Assembly: GCA_965206695.1 (NCBI GenBank)
Contig: CBDBKM010000011.1
Span: forward strand, 320,001-384,000
Direction: 5' to 3'
DNA length: 64,000 nucleotides
Origin: Chlamydiales bacterium
GTDB lineage: Bacteria > Chlamydiota > Chlamydiia > Chlamydiales > JAAZZY01
Under the pieces are notes generated by a model. The model made no database searches and was not told where the DNA came from. It was given only the letters and a program-made list of their open reading frames with translations. Shown here piece after piece: positions 32,622 through 44,529 of the stretch. Position 1 is the stretch's first letter; every line of letters starts with the position of its first letter. A program made the translations under genes and the position numbers.

Positions 32622-34540
32622 ATGAAACATTTTTTAGATCAAACAGAGCGACAAAGGCTTGTAGAACAACATAAATACGAAAAAGATGGCCGTATTCGTG
32701 ATCGTATTAAAGCGGTATTGCTGTATGATAAAGGTTGGAGCTATCAAAAAATAGCAGAAGCATTATTCATTAGCCATGAAGCCGTACGTCAACATACTTT
32801 AGATTATAAAGTCGATAGAAAGCTGAGTCCTAAAAATGGAGGATCATCCGGCAAACTTAATCCGGCTTGTCGTGATAGGTTGATGAATCATCTAAAAAAA
32901 AATATCTATCCTTCTGCAAAGGAGATAGTCGCTCTCGTAGAACAACTTTTTGAGATAAAATACACTCCTTCAGGGATGACTCTGTGGTTGAAAAACAATG
33001 GTTTCTCTTATAAAAAACTAACACTTGTTCCCGGGAAGGCTGATCCTCGTTATCAAAAAAAACGGTTGTTGAACGACCGTAAATTGAAGGCACAACTATC
33101 TCATACCGAGGCTATTGGCTTTGTGGATGGAGTACATCCTAACCATAATATTAAGCCTTCTCATGGTTGGATAGCAACAGGTGCGTGTCAATCCCTTAAA
33201 ACAAACCGCGCTCGTAAAAGACTGCATCTTTCAGAAGCTGTTGATATCGAATCTAAGCAAGTCGTATCTCAAGAGAATTAAACACTCTATGCAACTTTAA
33301 CTATCGCCCTTTCAACATTGAAGTGCAACAAATAGGAAGAATTTGAAAATGGCCAAATGCCGGCAAAATCTCTATAGTAAATTTTTGCAAAAAAAAACTA
33401 TGGAGGGATTTTTTATGCCTAAAGGCTACCGGCATTTAACCTACGAACAAAGGTGCCAAATATGTACTTTAAAAAAAAGAGGAGATTCTGTTGATTCTAT
33501 TTCGCAGGAATTAAATGTTAATAAAACTACTGTTTATCGAGAGTTAAAAAGAAATAGCTATGAAGGCAGATATATCTATTTTGCAGCACAAATCAAAACT
33601 AAAAGAAGGCGTTCAAAAGCGAGCAGTAAAACAAAGAAAATGACCCCTGAACTACTTATGAAGATAGAAAGTAAATTATTGCTTCAATGGAGTCCTGTTC
33701 AAATATCCGGTCGATTGAAAGAAGAAGAAGGCCTGCTTATCAGCCACGAAAGTATTTATCGTCATATTTGGAAAGATAAACGAAATTGGGGCAATTTATA
33801 TAAAAATTTAAGACACAAAGGTAAGAAGTATAAAAAGCGAGGTTCAGATAAAGCAGGCCGAGGCTGTATTCCCAATAGAGTCGATATTGATAAAAGACCT
33901 TGTATTGTCGATGAAAAAACAAGAATAGGAGATTTTGAATTAGATACGATAATAGGCAAAAATCATCAAGGAGTGATTGTTTCTATTGTTGAGCGTGCTT
34001 CTAAATATACGATGCTTATGAAGGTAAAGTCTAAACAAGCCCTCGGTGTTGCCGATGCTTTAATTACCTGTTTAAAGCCTGTTAAGGATAGAGTTCACAC
34101 ATTAACAGCAGATAATGGTTTAGAGTTTTCTCGGCATCAAGAAGTAAGTTCAACACTCAAAGCAGAGTTTTATTTTGCTAAACCCTATCATTCCCGGGAA
34201 AGAGGGTTGAATGAACATACGAATGGGTTAGTTAGACAGTATTTGCCTAAGAAAACAAACTTTAATAATGTGACACAAGAGGATGTAAAAGAGATAGAAA
34301 AACTGCTTAATGAAAGACCCGGAAAAAGTTTGAATTTTAAAACACCTATAGAGGTTTTCAATCCGAAGAATTTGTGCTATAATAGAGTACAAGTTTGTTG
34401 CACTTCATAGTTGAAAAGACATATTTATTTTTTAAGAAAACCGGAAGAAGCTTACTCTCAAAAAAATAAAATATATCTCTTCTTATCTCCTTACAGCCCT
34501 CACCTGCCCTCTATTAAACGCTTATGGAAACTAAGTTTAT
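32622..34540 (+). pseudogene. IS630-family transposase pseudogene interrupted by IS30
   Basis: RDRIKAVLL and FVDGVHP motifs. Resumes after the IS30 as IYFLRK..EAY...LSPYSP.L..IKRLWK. Confidence 0.85.
33305..34421 (+). mobile_element. IS30-family element, full length (transposase probably 33415-34410)
   Basis: IRs C.TTTCAAC..TGAAGTGCAAC, TAT duplication, and GDFELDT / ADNGLEF / ERGLNE motifs. Confidence 0.93.
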
Positions 34541-34633
34541 TGTACGAGCCCGACTTTTATAAGCAAGCTACCACTAAATGCGCCTGTCATTTAGCAGCTA
34601 CCTGTAAAGATATTATCTTACGTTTTTAATCGC

Positions 34634-35056
34634 TTATTTTAACTTCTCTATATGCTGATGTATCTTTTCAGTTACGGTATTATCTCCATTGGAAAAAGCA
34701 AGATAGCTAGGAGACCATAATTGCCCCTTTTTAGTTTTATCCAAAATAGACGGAAATTGCTTTTTCAATAATCTTGCAGAAACACCTTTCATACTATTTA
34801 CAATACGCGATAAAGCAACCCTAGGAGGATAGTCAATAATCAAAAGAATATGATCATGCTTTATTGTTAAATCAAGAAGTTTAGAATCAAAATCAATGCA
34901 CACGTTTTGAAAGATATTTTCTAATGCAATAGCCAATTCTTTTGTAAAAAAATCACCCCTATATCTAGTAAAGAATACTAGATGTGCTTGAATTTGAAAG
35001 GTGCAATTTCTACCGGTTCTAAAGAAGGTATTCATAATAGTTATAAGATACAACAA
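34634..35056 (-). CDS. tnpA: IS200/IS605 TnpA-like transposase, possibly inactive
   Basis: HLVF.T.YR, DHILL (HUH altered), KGVSAR and LWSPSY motifs. The catalytic Tyr position reads H. Confidence 0.7.
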   Translation of the reverse strand: MLYLITIMNTFFRTGRNCTFQIQAHLVFFTRYRGDFFTKELAIALENIFQNVCIDFDSKLLDLTIKHDHILLIIDYPPRVALSRIVNSMKGVSARLLKKQFPSILDKTKKGQLWSPSYLAFSNGDNTVTEKIHQHIEKLK

Positions 35057-35214
35057 TTATACGTTTACCGCAAAGCACTTATTATAAGATGGTTAATAAT
35101 TATAATTTTAATTATACCCCTACTGCTAAGATCAAAAATTATTAAATTAAGTCCTTTAAAATAAAAGGAGATAATTATGATAATGGGAACCGTTTCAACA
35201 TTAGACTTCTTTCG

Positions 35215-35700
35215 AAATGCATCATATGAGTTCCAAGTTATAGATTCCTGCAATAAGATTGAACCGCAATGCAAACCTTTTTCGTTTATTTCGATAACGA
35301 CCGGAAATGATTTTAAAGCGTTTGATCACTCCTATCACATTTTCATTCAGAACAGGTTCCCTTGATAATTGTCTATTATTTTTCTTATCTTCTTTAGTTA
35401 GAGTCTTTTTTTTACTTTTTTTTTTGCCTTTCAACTGCTGTTGCTGTGGTATCTATTAGGATGAGCTCATATGCCGAATTGTTTTTTAAAAGTACTTTAC
35501 GACCGGGTTAAAGCAAAATCAGGGTGCTTAATTAAGTGTATCTTCAACCCACTTTATACTTTTATAAGCGCTGCTTTCACTTATACTATAACTTTGGCTG
35601 ACATGAAAATAGATTCTATATTCTCTCATAGACTCTCAAGCCATTAATAATGTATCTTCTAAACTTAATTGATTTTTTTTCCGCTAAAAGTTTTTCTGTT
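35215..35700 (-). pseudogene. IS5-family (ISL2-like) transposase remnant
   Basis: REYRIYFH, ESSAYK...WVED.LIK and KK.NR.LS.E...NENVIG.IKRFKII..RYRNKRKRF.LRFNLIAGIYN fragments. Confidence 0.8.
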
Positions 35701-35736
35701 TTTAATCGATCTGTTTAATATAAATATCATTTAATC

Positions 35737-35935
35737 TTCACAGTTTGCAATTGCTCAACTTAAAGGGTACAATCAAGCATTCTCGAGTGCCTACATTATG
35801 GACAAGATCGTATTATGGAGAGTGTGGAAAAATTTAATGAAGATACAATTAGGAAGCATATCCAAAGTCAAAAAAACAAATAGACGCTTTCATCCCAATG
35901 CTAAAGAAAAGGGTTTTCTCGCTTAATTGTCCTAA
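35737..35935 (+). mobile_element. tnpA 3' remnant with an IS605-type left end
   Basis: AQLKGY.S..L..LPTLWTRSY-like sequence and the CCCAATGCTAAAGAAAAGGG hairpin. Confidence 0.75.
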
Positions 35936-35969
35936 ATTTAAATAGAATAAGAAGATTTTAATGAAAGAA

Positions 35970-36051
35970 TGCCCAGGATAGGACTCGAACCTACACACCT
36001 TACGGCACCAGATCCTAAGTCTGGCGTGTCTACCAATTTCACCACCTGGGC
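35970..36051 (-). tRNA. tRNA-Leu(UAG)
   Basis: GCCCAGG acceptor stem, CCAGA-CTTAGGA-TCTGG anticodon arm, GGTTCGAGTCC T-loop. CCA is not encoded. Confidence 0.96.
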
Positions 36052-36061
36052 ATACTAAAAT

Positions 36062-36574
36062 CTAGTGATGATGCGGAGGAGTTGGATGTTGATGGGTATG
36101 GATATGATGGTTATCCGTATGGTCAACTGAGTCTCTTCCAAAATATATCTGTTTAAAGTGAGTTAACTCATCTTTAAGATCATTTACAATTCGCATATCA
36201 ACTGTTTGTTTAGCCTTCATACTAAGGACTAAAATTTTATGAACACTAATTAGTTTGTCAGATAAGTCGGGATCGTTTTCTTTTATTCGTTGCTGAAGAA
36301 AATATTCACTCATCTTAGTAGCTATCTGATTAGCATAATCATCTTTGTTCAGAACCCATCGCACTAATTGATTTTTCATTTCAGGAGAATTCATCTTATT
36401 ATGAGAAATTTCATCTACTGCTTTGGCTATCGTTTGAACATCTTCTTGAAGTTGGCCAAAAACCAATTTATCATGATAAATACCACAAGGTAATTGACAA
36501 TGAGCAAATAGTCGTGTTGTCGCAATCAGTAACACAGATACAGTAATCGCAAGTACTCTCTTCATAGTAATCAC
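36062..36574 (-). CDS. sodN: Nickel superoxide dismutase with a signal peptide and His-rich tail
   Basis: Ni-hook HCQLPCGIY directly after a hydrophobic leader ending LFA. NQLVRWV..K..A and YFL.QRIK motifs. Confidence 0.9.
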   Translation of the reverse strand: MITMKRVLAITVSVLLIATTRLFAHCQLPCGIYHDKLVFGQLQEDVQTIAKAVDEISHNKMNSPEMKNQLVRWVLNKDDYANQIATKMSEYFLQQRIKENDPDLSDKLISVHKILVLSMKAKQTVDMRIVNDLKDELTHFKQIYFGRDSVDHTDNHHIHTHQHPTPPHHH

Positions 36575-36657
36575 TTAATTCTTCAAAATATGGAATGCAT
36601 TATTACTGAAATAGTTAATAAAGCTCAAGCCTAAAAGATCGCTTAAAAAGCAAAAAT

Positions 36658-37359
36658 TCAAATTTTGGCTTGCAAATAGACATTTGTCTTTCCCCAGGGA
36701 AAACGTGTCTCAAAAACTTTAATTATTTTAAAATTAATATCTCGTGAATAATCTGATAAAGGATAACTAACACTAATGACTTTAGATTGTTTTGGTAACA
36801 CGTTTAATTTTGATATAAATTTCTTGATCTTACTTTCTTCAACAGAAGTCCCATAAAAATAGATAACGCTAGCTTTTGAATAATCTGATAGAGTCAGATC
36901 TTCTTGAAGAAAATCCATGCCGGTAATACCCAGCTTCTTTTTTATCTTATTCGCTTCACTGACAAATAGAGGAATTTGTTCATTGGCTAATACCTGACAA
37001 CCTACCAAATAATGAAACCAAAAAGAAGCTCTACCTCTTCCACAACCAACCTCGTAAAAAATATCCTCAGATGAGATATTACATTCTCTTATAATCGTTA
37101 GAATAGATGAGGCCCGGGTCTCACCATAACAATGAATATCTTTCTCTTCTCTTATCTGTAGATAATATTTACTGACCTTATAAGGATTTTTAAAAAGAAA
37201 ATGCCAAACAAAAAGAACATCTAAGCGAAAAAGTTGAGGTTTTTTAAAATACATGGGGATCAGAATACAGCACTCTAACAGCTTTTTCCATGCCATAACA
37301 AAACGGATTACAATCAAAATGATTGCTTCTTTTATGCGAGAACAAATACGCAACAACAT
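36658..37359 (-). CDS. SAM-dependent methyltransferase
   Basis: YGET, FYEVGCGRGR and YFYGT motifs. Confidence 0.8.
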   Translation of the reverse strand: MLLRICSRIKEAIILIVIRFVMAWKKLLECCILIPMYFKKPQLFRLDVLFVWHFLFKNPYKVSKYYLQIREEKDIHCYGETRASSILTIIRECNISSEDIFYEVGCGRGRASFWFHYLVGCQVLANEQIPLFVSEANKIKKKLGITGMDFLQEDLTLSDYSKASVIYFYGTSVEESKIKKFISKLNVLPKQSKVISVSYPLSDYSRDINFKIIKVFETRFPWGKTNVYLQAKI

Positions 37360-37360
37360 G

Positions 37361-38377
37361 TTACCAATTAATCGTCTGCCCCGGTTCTAATACACGGAAG
37401 GTTTGATGGTGCAATTTTCTTTTTTCTAAAGTGCAAAAAAGATCATAAGGCGGTTGCTCTAAAGGTTCGGAAGAGAGTCTAAATGTCTTCCAATGAGAGC
37501 CAATACTTAATTTTGATCCGACTGCCATGTGTATGTTAACCGCTTCTTCAGGGCAGATATGCACAGGCTTCATAAACTCATTAGGAGAATACGTGCCTAT
37601 TGGAATCAAACTAAGATGCATCTCCTCAAACCGGTTTCCGATTTCTTTAAAATCCATTTCATTATAACCGGTATCTCCCACAAAATATACCCTTTTTTTG
37701 GAAAAATCGGACTGATTAAATTCTACAACCCAGCCACCCCATAGGGATCTATTTTTATCAAACAGCCCTCTTCCTGAAAAATGCTGAGAAGGAACGTAAT
37801 GGAAAGAAATTGGTAAGACCTCTTCATGATGAGCCTCCCACCAGTCTAACTCGATTATTTTCGTTATTTTTCTTCTTAAAAACCATCCGGAAACTTTTTT
37901 TGGAATCATCCAAGTAATATTTGGAAACCTCTTATGTAAATTTAAAACGGCATCCCTATCGAGATGATCATAATGATTATGGCTAATAACTATATAATGA
38001 ATCTCAGGTAGTCCGCAAATAGAAATACTCGGATCATGTTTTCTTTTAGGGCCAAAAAAGTTTACCGGAGAGCACCGATCTCTCCAAATTGGATCGGTGA
38101 GGATATTAACTCCATTTGACGACACCAAAAAGGTAGAGTGATTGACCCAAGTCACCTGAGGTAAAGAGTGATCAATCTCTATTTTAGGATTAGGGAATGA
38201 AAAATCCTCAGGCATTTCAGCCAACGGTTTTTTATCTTTATAAAATCCTAAGGCCCATAAAAAAGCATGAAACAAAGTTCGCTTTGTATTTTTTATATGC
38301 GGATTTGAAAAAAATCCCCATTTTCCATGATGCTTTTCTTTTTTCTTCTTCATAAAACGAAAAGCACTGAACTTCAT
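37361..38377 (-). CDS. MBL-fold metallo-hydrolase (NAPE-PLD/RomA-like)
   Basis: TW..HST, LTDP, SHNHYDHLD, QHFSGR, GDTGY and HW.TF motifs. Confidence 0.9.
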   Translation of the reverse strand: MKFSAFRFMKKKKEKHHGKWGFFSNPHIKNTKRTLFHAFLWALGFYKDKKPLAEMPEDFSFPNPKIEIDHSLPQVTWVNHSTFLVSSNGVNILTDPIWRDRCSPVNFFGPKRKHDPSISICGLPEIHYIVISHNHYDHLDRDAVLNLHKRFPNITWMIPKKVSGWFLRRKITKIIELDWWEAHHEEVLPISFHYVPSQHFSGRGLFDKNRSLWGGWVVEFNQSDFSKKRVYFVGDTGYNEMDFKEIGNRFEEMHLSLIPIGTYSPNEFMKPVHICPEEAVNIHMAVGSKLSIGSHWKTFRLSSEPLEQPPYDLFCTLEKRKLHHQTFRVLEPGQTINW

Positions 38378-38520
38378 ATCCTTAACATCCTTGGTACGGG
38401 GTATCCTGCCACCTGCAGTTGAATATTAATGTTTTTTGGATTTATTGTCTCGAGATTAAATTACTCCTTTAGAATAAGGAATATAAAGAAAGAAACGGGT
38501 AATTACTTACAAAATTGAAA

Positions 38521-40527
<2,007 letters not shown>

Positions 40528-41658
40528 TTACTTTTCAAAATTATCTAAAAAAATACGATTATTTTTTTCTATAATAATAGGAGGGTGACAATCTACTATC
40601 TCCCCTTTCTCTTTTGCAGACCTTCTAAGTCGAAAACGTTTTATACTTTTACAAAAGACAACATTTAATTCCCTTGAATGGTGTGGTTTTAAGATCAGAC
40701 GCCTAATGGTTTTTTTTGACCACTCCATATCTATTAAACCTACCAAACCAGAATGAATCCCCAAAAGACGACCACAGTGAAAATAAGAAGGTAGGCACGG
40801 AAGAACAAGTAGTTTATCTTCTGCCTCAGAAAAGAATAAAGATCTAATATGATGAAAAATTAGTGGCAATAAGGATAATGCTGATGCTTTTTGATTTAAA
40901 ATTGATTTGATTGTTATCCCATGGTAGTTGCTATCTTCTAATTGAGGACTAAGGATTCCATTAAAGTTGCAAAAGATAACATTCTTTAAGTGAAGGATGA
41001 TCTCTTCTTTTTTCCTGTATTCGATAGCATCTTGTAAAAGGTTTAGTATCTGACATACCTCTTCCTCAGCAACATTTTCTATCGGCAAGTGCTTTGCTGT
41101 CTGCCCGATAAAAAAAAGAAAGGGTAATATCTCACGCATATCTAAACGCTTTAAAACTTGATCCCAGTCTTGTTTTCTATGAGAACCTAATGAAAGCCTT
41201 TCTCTATGTGGTATTTCCGGTAACTTAAGCTCCGGTTCTTTTTCAGTATCGCATTGTAATAGTTGATGAGGCAATAAAATTTTTTCTTGTAGAATATTCT
41301 TTTTTAAATCCTTAATCGTATAGCCAACACTATCTTTTGGCATCCTATTTGTTTTTAATGCAGGGTTTCCGGATGAAGAATGACTATAGATGAAATAATC
41401 AAAAAAACCTTTTTGAGATTTACCGGCAACTTGAACCCGCATTCTTTCTAAATCAAGGCTAATGGTAAAATTCTCAATAGGCCCTTCAAAATTTATAATT
41501 ATTTCAAATAAAGGGTCCGGATATAATAAACTCAGATCAGTAATTAATATCTTCGTTGGAAAAATGATCGTTTGCAAAACGGTTCCGGGAATGAGTAAGG
41601 AGGTTCCGGGAAGGTGTGAAAAAGGTTTTAATCGTTCTTTAATTTGTATGCATCGCAT
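40528..41658 (-). CDS. Conserved chlamydial-type hypothetical protein
   Basis: 376-aa ORF tightly packed between mtaB and ligA. Confidence 0.7.
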   Translation of the reverse strand: MRCIQIKERLKPFSHLPGTSLLIPGTVLQTIIFPTKILITDLSLLYPDPLFEIIINFEGPIENFTISLDLERMRVQVAGKSQKGFFDYFIYSHSSSGNPALKTNRMPKDSVGYTIKDLKKNILQEKILLPHQLLQCDTEKEPELKLPEIPHRERLSLGSHRKQDWDQVLKRLDMREILPFLFFIGQTAKHLPIENVAEEEVCQILNLLQDAIEYRKKEEIILHLKNVIFCNFNGILSPQLEDSNYHGITIKSILNQKASALSLLPLIFHHIRSLFFSEAEDKLLVLPCLPSYFHCGRLLGIHSGLVGLIDMEWSKKTIRRLILKPHHSRELNVVFCKSIKRFRLRRSAKEKGEIVDCHPPIIIEKNNRIFLDNFEK

Positions 41659-42921
41659 CTATTGTATCACCTGCCCGATTAGTCCTGATGTGGTATTCTT
41701 TATAATTTTAACATTCACTAAATCATTCGTTTGATAGGTATCCGATTGAGCACTTACACGTAAGAAATTATCGGTATGGCCGACTATTTCTCCGTCAACA
41801 TCAGATTGTTCTACCAATATCTGCATCTGTTGCCCTATAAAGCGCTCTCTTAAATCATAACTATATTGTTCACTTTTTCTGAGAACAAGTTGTTTCCGTC
41901 TCAGCATTTCAGAAGCAACAATATGATTAGTATATGTGGCTGCTTTAGTTCGTCCACGAGGGCTATAAGGAAACATATGAACTTTGGCAAACTGCACTTC
42001 TTCCATGACTTCTAATGTTTGTTCAAAATCCTTTTCAGATTCTCCCGGAAAACCGACAATAACATCAGTTGTAAACGTAAAATCGGTTGATAGTGACCGC
42101 AAAGTATCAATCGTATGATGAAACATCTGCCTAGTATATTTTCTGTTCATACGTTTTAAAACAACGTTCGAACCTGACTGAAGAACAATATGCATAGAAT
42201 GGCACGTCTTTTTTCCGTTTAAAACAGCATCGAGAAGCTTTTCATCTACTTCATCCGGATCAATAGAAGAGATACGAATACGTTCTAATCCGGGTAAAGA
42301 ATCAACTTCTTTGACTAAATCTGCCAACGTATCTTTTTCATCTGCTGAAGACTTGCCTCCATCAAAATCACCAATATTAATACCGGTTAATACCACTTCT
42401 TTATAACCATTAGATATAAGGGTTTGAATCTCTTCTATAATACCGGAAATTGACCTGGATCGTGACCGTCCTCTGACATAAGGAATGATACAATAGGTAC
42501 AAAAAGAATTGCACCCGTCTTGAACTTTGACAAAAGCTCTTTTGTGACAATCAAAACGTTTAATTGAAAACTCAGGAAATTGTTCTTCCGGAAAAAGATT
42601 TTTCAAGAGATCTTCTTTCTTCATATTAGAGACAATATCCGTAATGCCTTTAATTTTATTGAGACCATGAGCATTTTTTTCCACCATACAACCCGTGACG
42701 ACTATACGGGCCGTCGGATGACTTTTTATCAAGCTTCGAATCTGATTACGACTGCTGCTATCGGCTGACCGGGTCACTGTACAAGTATTAACAATACAGA
42801 TATCAGCCTTTTCATTCTTTGAAACCGGTTGAAAACCGGCCCCTTCTAATTGATCTTGGTAAGCTTGTGACTCATACTGGTTTGTTCGGCATCCCAAAGT
42901 TGCCAATTTATATTTTTTCAT
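41659..42921 (-). CDS. mtaB: tRNA t6A37 methylthiotransferase
   Basis: TLGCRTNQYE, NTCTVT, QDGCNSFCTYC radical-SAM motif, H.FPYS.R and a TRAM domain. Confidence 0.93.
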   Translation of the reverse strand: MKKYKLATLGCRTNQYESQAYQDQLEGAGFQPVSKNEKADICIVNTCTVTRSADSSSRNQIRSLIKSHPTARIVVTGCMVEKNAHGLNKIKGITDIVSNMKKEDLLKNLFPEEQFPEFSIKRFDCHKRAFVKVQDGCNSFCTYCIIPYVRGRSRSRSISGIIEEIQTLISNGYKEVVLTGINIGDFDGGKSSADEKDTLADLVKEVDSLPGLERIRISSIDPDEVDEKLLDAVLNGKKTCHSMHIVLQSGSNVVLKRMNRKYTRQMFHHTIDTLRSLSTDFTFTTDVIVGFPGESEKDFEQTLEVMEEVQFAKVHMFPYSPRGRTKAATYTNHIVASEMLRRKQLVLRKSEQYSYDLRERFIGQQMQILVEQSDVDGEIVGHTDNFLRVSAQSDTYQTNDLVNVKIIKNTTSGLIGQVIQ

Positions 42922-43082
42922 CTTATATTAAAAAATAAAGGGTTAGGAAAAAGAAACATCTTAATTAAATTATCAATTATTAGTAATTATTATTTTTAAA
43001 AAATTAAGCATACCACATAGAATCACCTTCTCGCAAGTAATATGGCTCTGCTTTAATCAAGTCAAAAATATTATAAAAATTT

Positions 43083-44009
43083 TCATGAATAGAAGACCTC
43101 TTTAGGTAGCCGGAACTCTACATTTTCTTCTGTATATGTCACTTCTTCTACCTCAGTAACTCCTAAGTCTCGCAATCGTTGAATACATTTCTGAACAATG
43201 TCTTCCGGTGTAGAAGCACCCGCTGTTAATCCAATGTTCTTCTTCCCCTTTAGCCAAGATGAATCGATCTCGGTATCGCTGTTGATTAGGTAGGCAGATA
43301 AATTTCTATTTGAAGCTATCTCTCTTAACCTATTTGAATTGGAGCTAGAAGGATCTCCAATGACTAAGACCGGATCCACATCACCGGTAATTTGCCGTAA
43401 GGCAAGTTGGCGATTAGTTGTAGCATAACAAATAGATGAGCTTGGTAGGGTCTCAATTTGAGGATATTTGTCTTTTAAAGACTCTACTATTAACTTTACA
43501 TCATCCAAACTTAAAGTCGTTTGAGTCAAATAAATCAATTTTTCATTCTCAGAAAAATCAAGTTTTTTAACATCATCTACAGATTCTACAATATAAGTAA
43601 CCTCCGGTACTTCTCCGGCCGTTCCAATCACTTCCACATGATTTTTATGCCCTATCAATAAGACTTTATATCCTTTAGAGGCATATCTTTTAGCAGCCGA
43701 ATGAACCTTAGTAACCAAACCACAAGTAGCATCAATTTCGATCAATTTTCTTTCTTTAGCTTTGTCTCTTACCATAGGAGCAACCCCATGTGCTGAATAA
43801 ATGAGCCTTGCTCCTATTGGAACTACATCCGGATCTTCGATGAAGATCGCTCCTTTTAATTTTAACCCTTCTACAACATGTCGATTATGAACAATCTCGT
43901 GCTTAACATAAACAGGGGGCCCCCATTTTTCTAAAGCAAGCTCAACGGTTCTTATCGCACGCACAACGCCGGCACAAAAACCACGAGGATTGGATAGCAA
44001 CAGTTTCAT
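43083..44009 (-). CDS. ispH: 4-hydroxy-3-methylbut-2-enyl diphosphate reductase
   Basis: RGFCAGV, IVHN, SAHG, DATC, QTTL, ICYAT, SSNS and GASTP motifs. Confidence 0.97.
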   Translation of the reverse strand: MKLLLSNPRGFCAGVVRAIRTVELALEKWGPPVYVKHEIVHNRHVVEGLKLKGAIFIEDPDVVPIGARLIYSAHGVAPMVRDKAKERKLIEIDATCGLVTKVHSAAKRYASKGYKVLLIGHKNHVEVIGTAGEVPEVTYIVESVDDVKKLDFSENEKLIYLTQTTLSLDDVKLIVESLKDKYPQIETLPSSSICYATTNRQLALRQITGDVDPVLVIGDPSSSNSNRLREIASNRNLSAYLINSDTEIDSSWLKGKKNIGLTAGASTPEDIVQKCIQRLRDLGVTEVEEVTYTEENVEFRLPKEVFYS

Positions 44010-44079
44010 TATAATACCTTATTAATAAATAAATAGTTACAAGGTATTATAAAGAAAAGAGTTCATGAAAACAATAATA

Positions 44080-44307
44080 TTAAAAGGTCTCTTTTTCATC
44101 CGGAAGATTACTGCCATAACCCCAAATTTCATTTTCTAACAATGGTTTTACCAATGGAAGAGTCGCAATAGTTGGTTCCTCTACTGAAAAAAAAGTCATT
44201 CTAAGTGAAGCATTATGATCTAATTCAAAAACATGATGATGGGCGTTATCCATACTTTTAAATCCTAAATTCGATAAATCACACACGACGAAATCACTAT
44301 TCATCAC
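44080..44307 (-). CDS. Small hypothetical protein or gene remnant
   Basis: ORF preceded by GGAGG. No recognised motif. Confidence 0.3.
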   Translation of the reverse strand: MMNSDFVVCDLSNLGFKSMDNAHHHVFELDHNASLRMTFFSVEEPTIATLPLVKPLLENEIWGYGSNLPDEKETF

Positions 44308-44529
44308 TACCTCCCGGGATTTTAGATTAGTATGCTGAGTAAGATGATCATTTCATCTTAATATATTATAGAAAATGTAACCAGAATATAGACCTTAACC
44401 CCTTAGATTAATAAATTTATTTTTTATCGATCAGCCTTTTTAAATATTAGGATCAAAAATACTATCTATAAGTCTTTATTGATTCTTATTCAAGAGGTAA
44501 GCATTAGGTGTTGAGTATCCAAGTTATTA

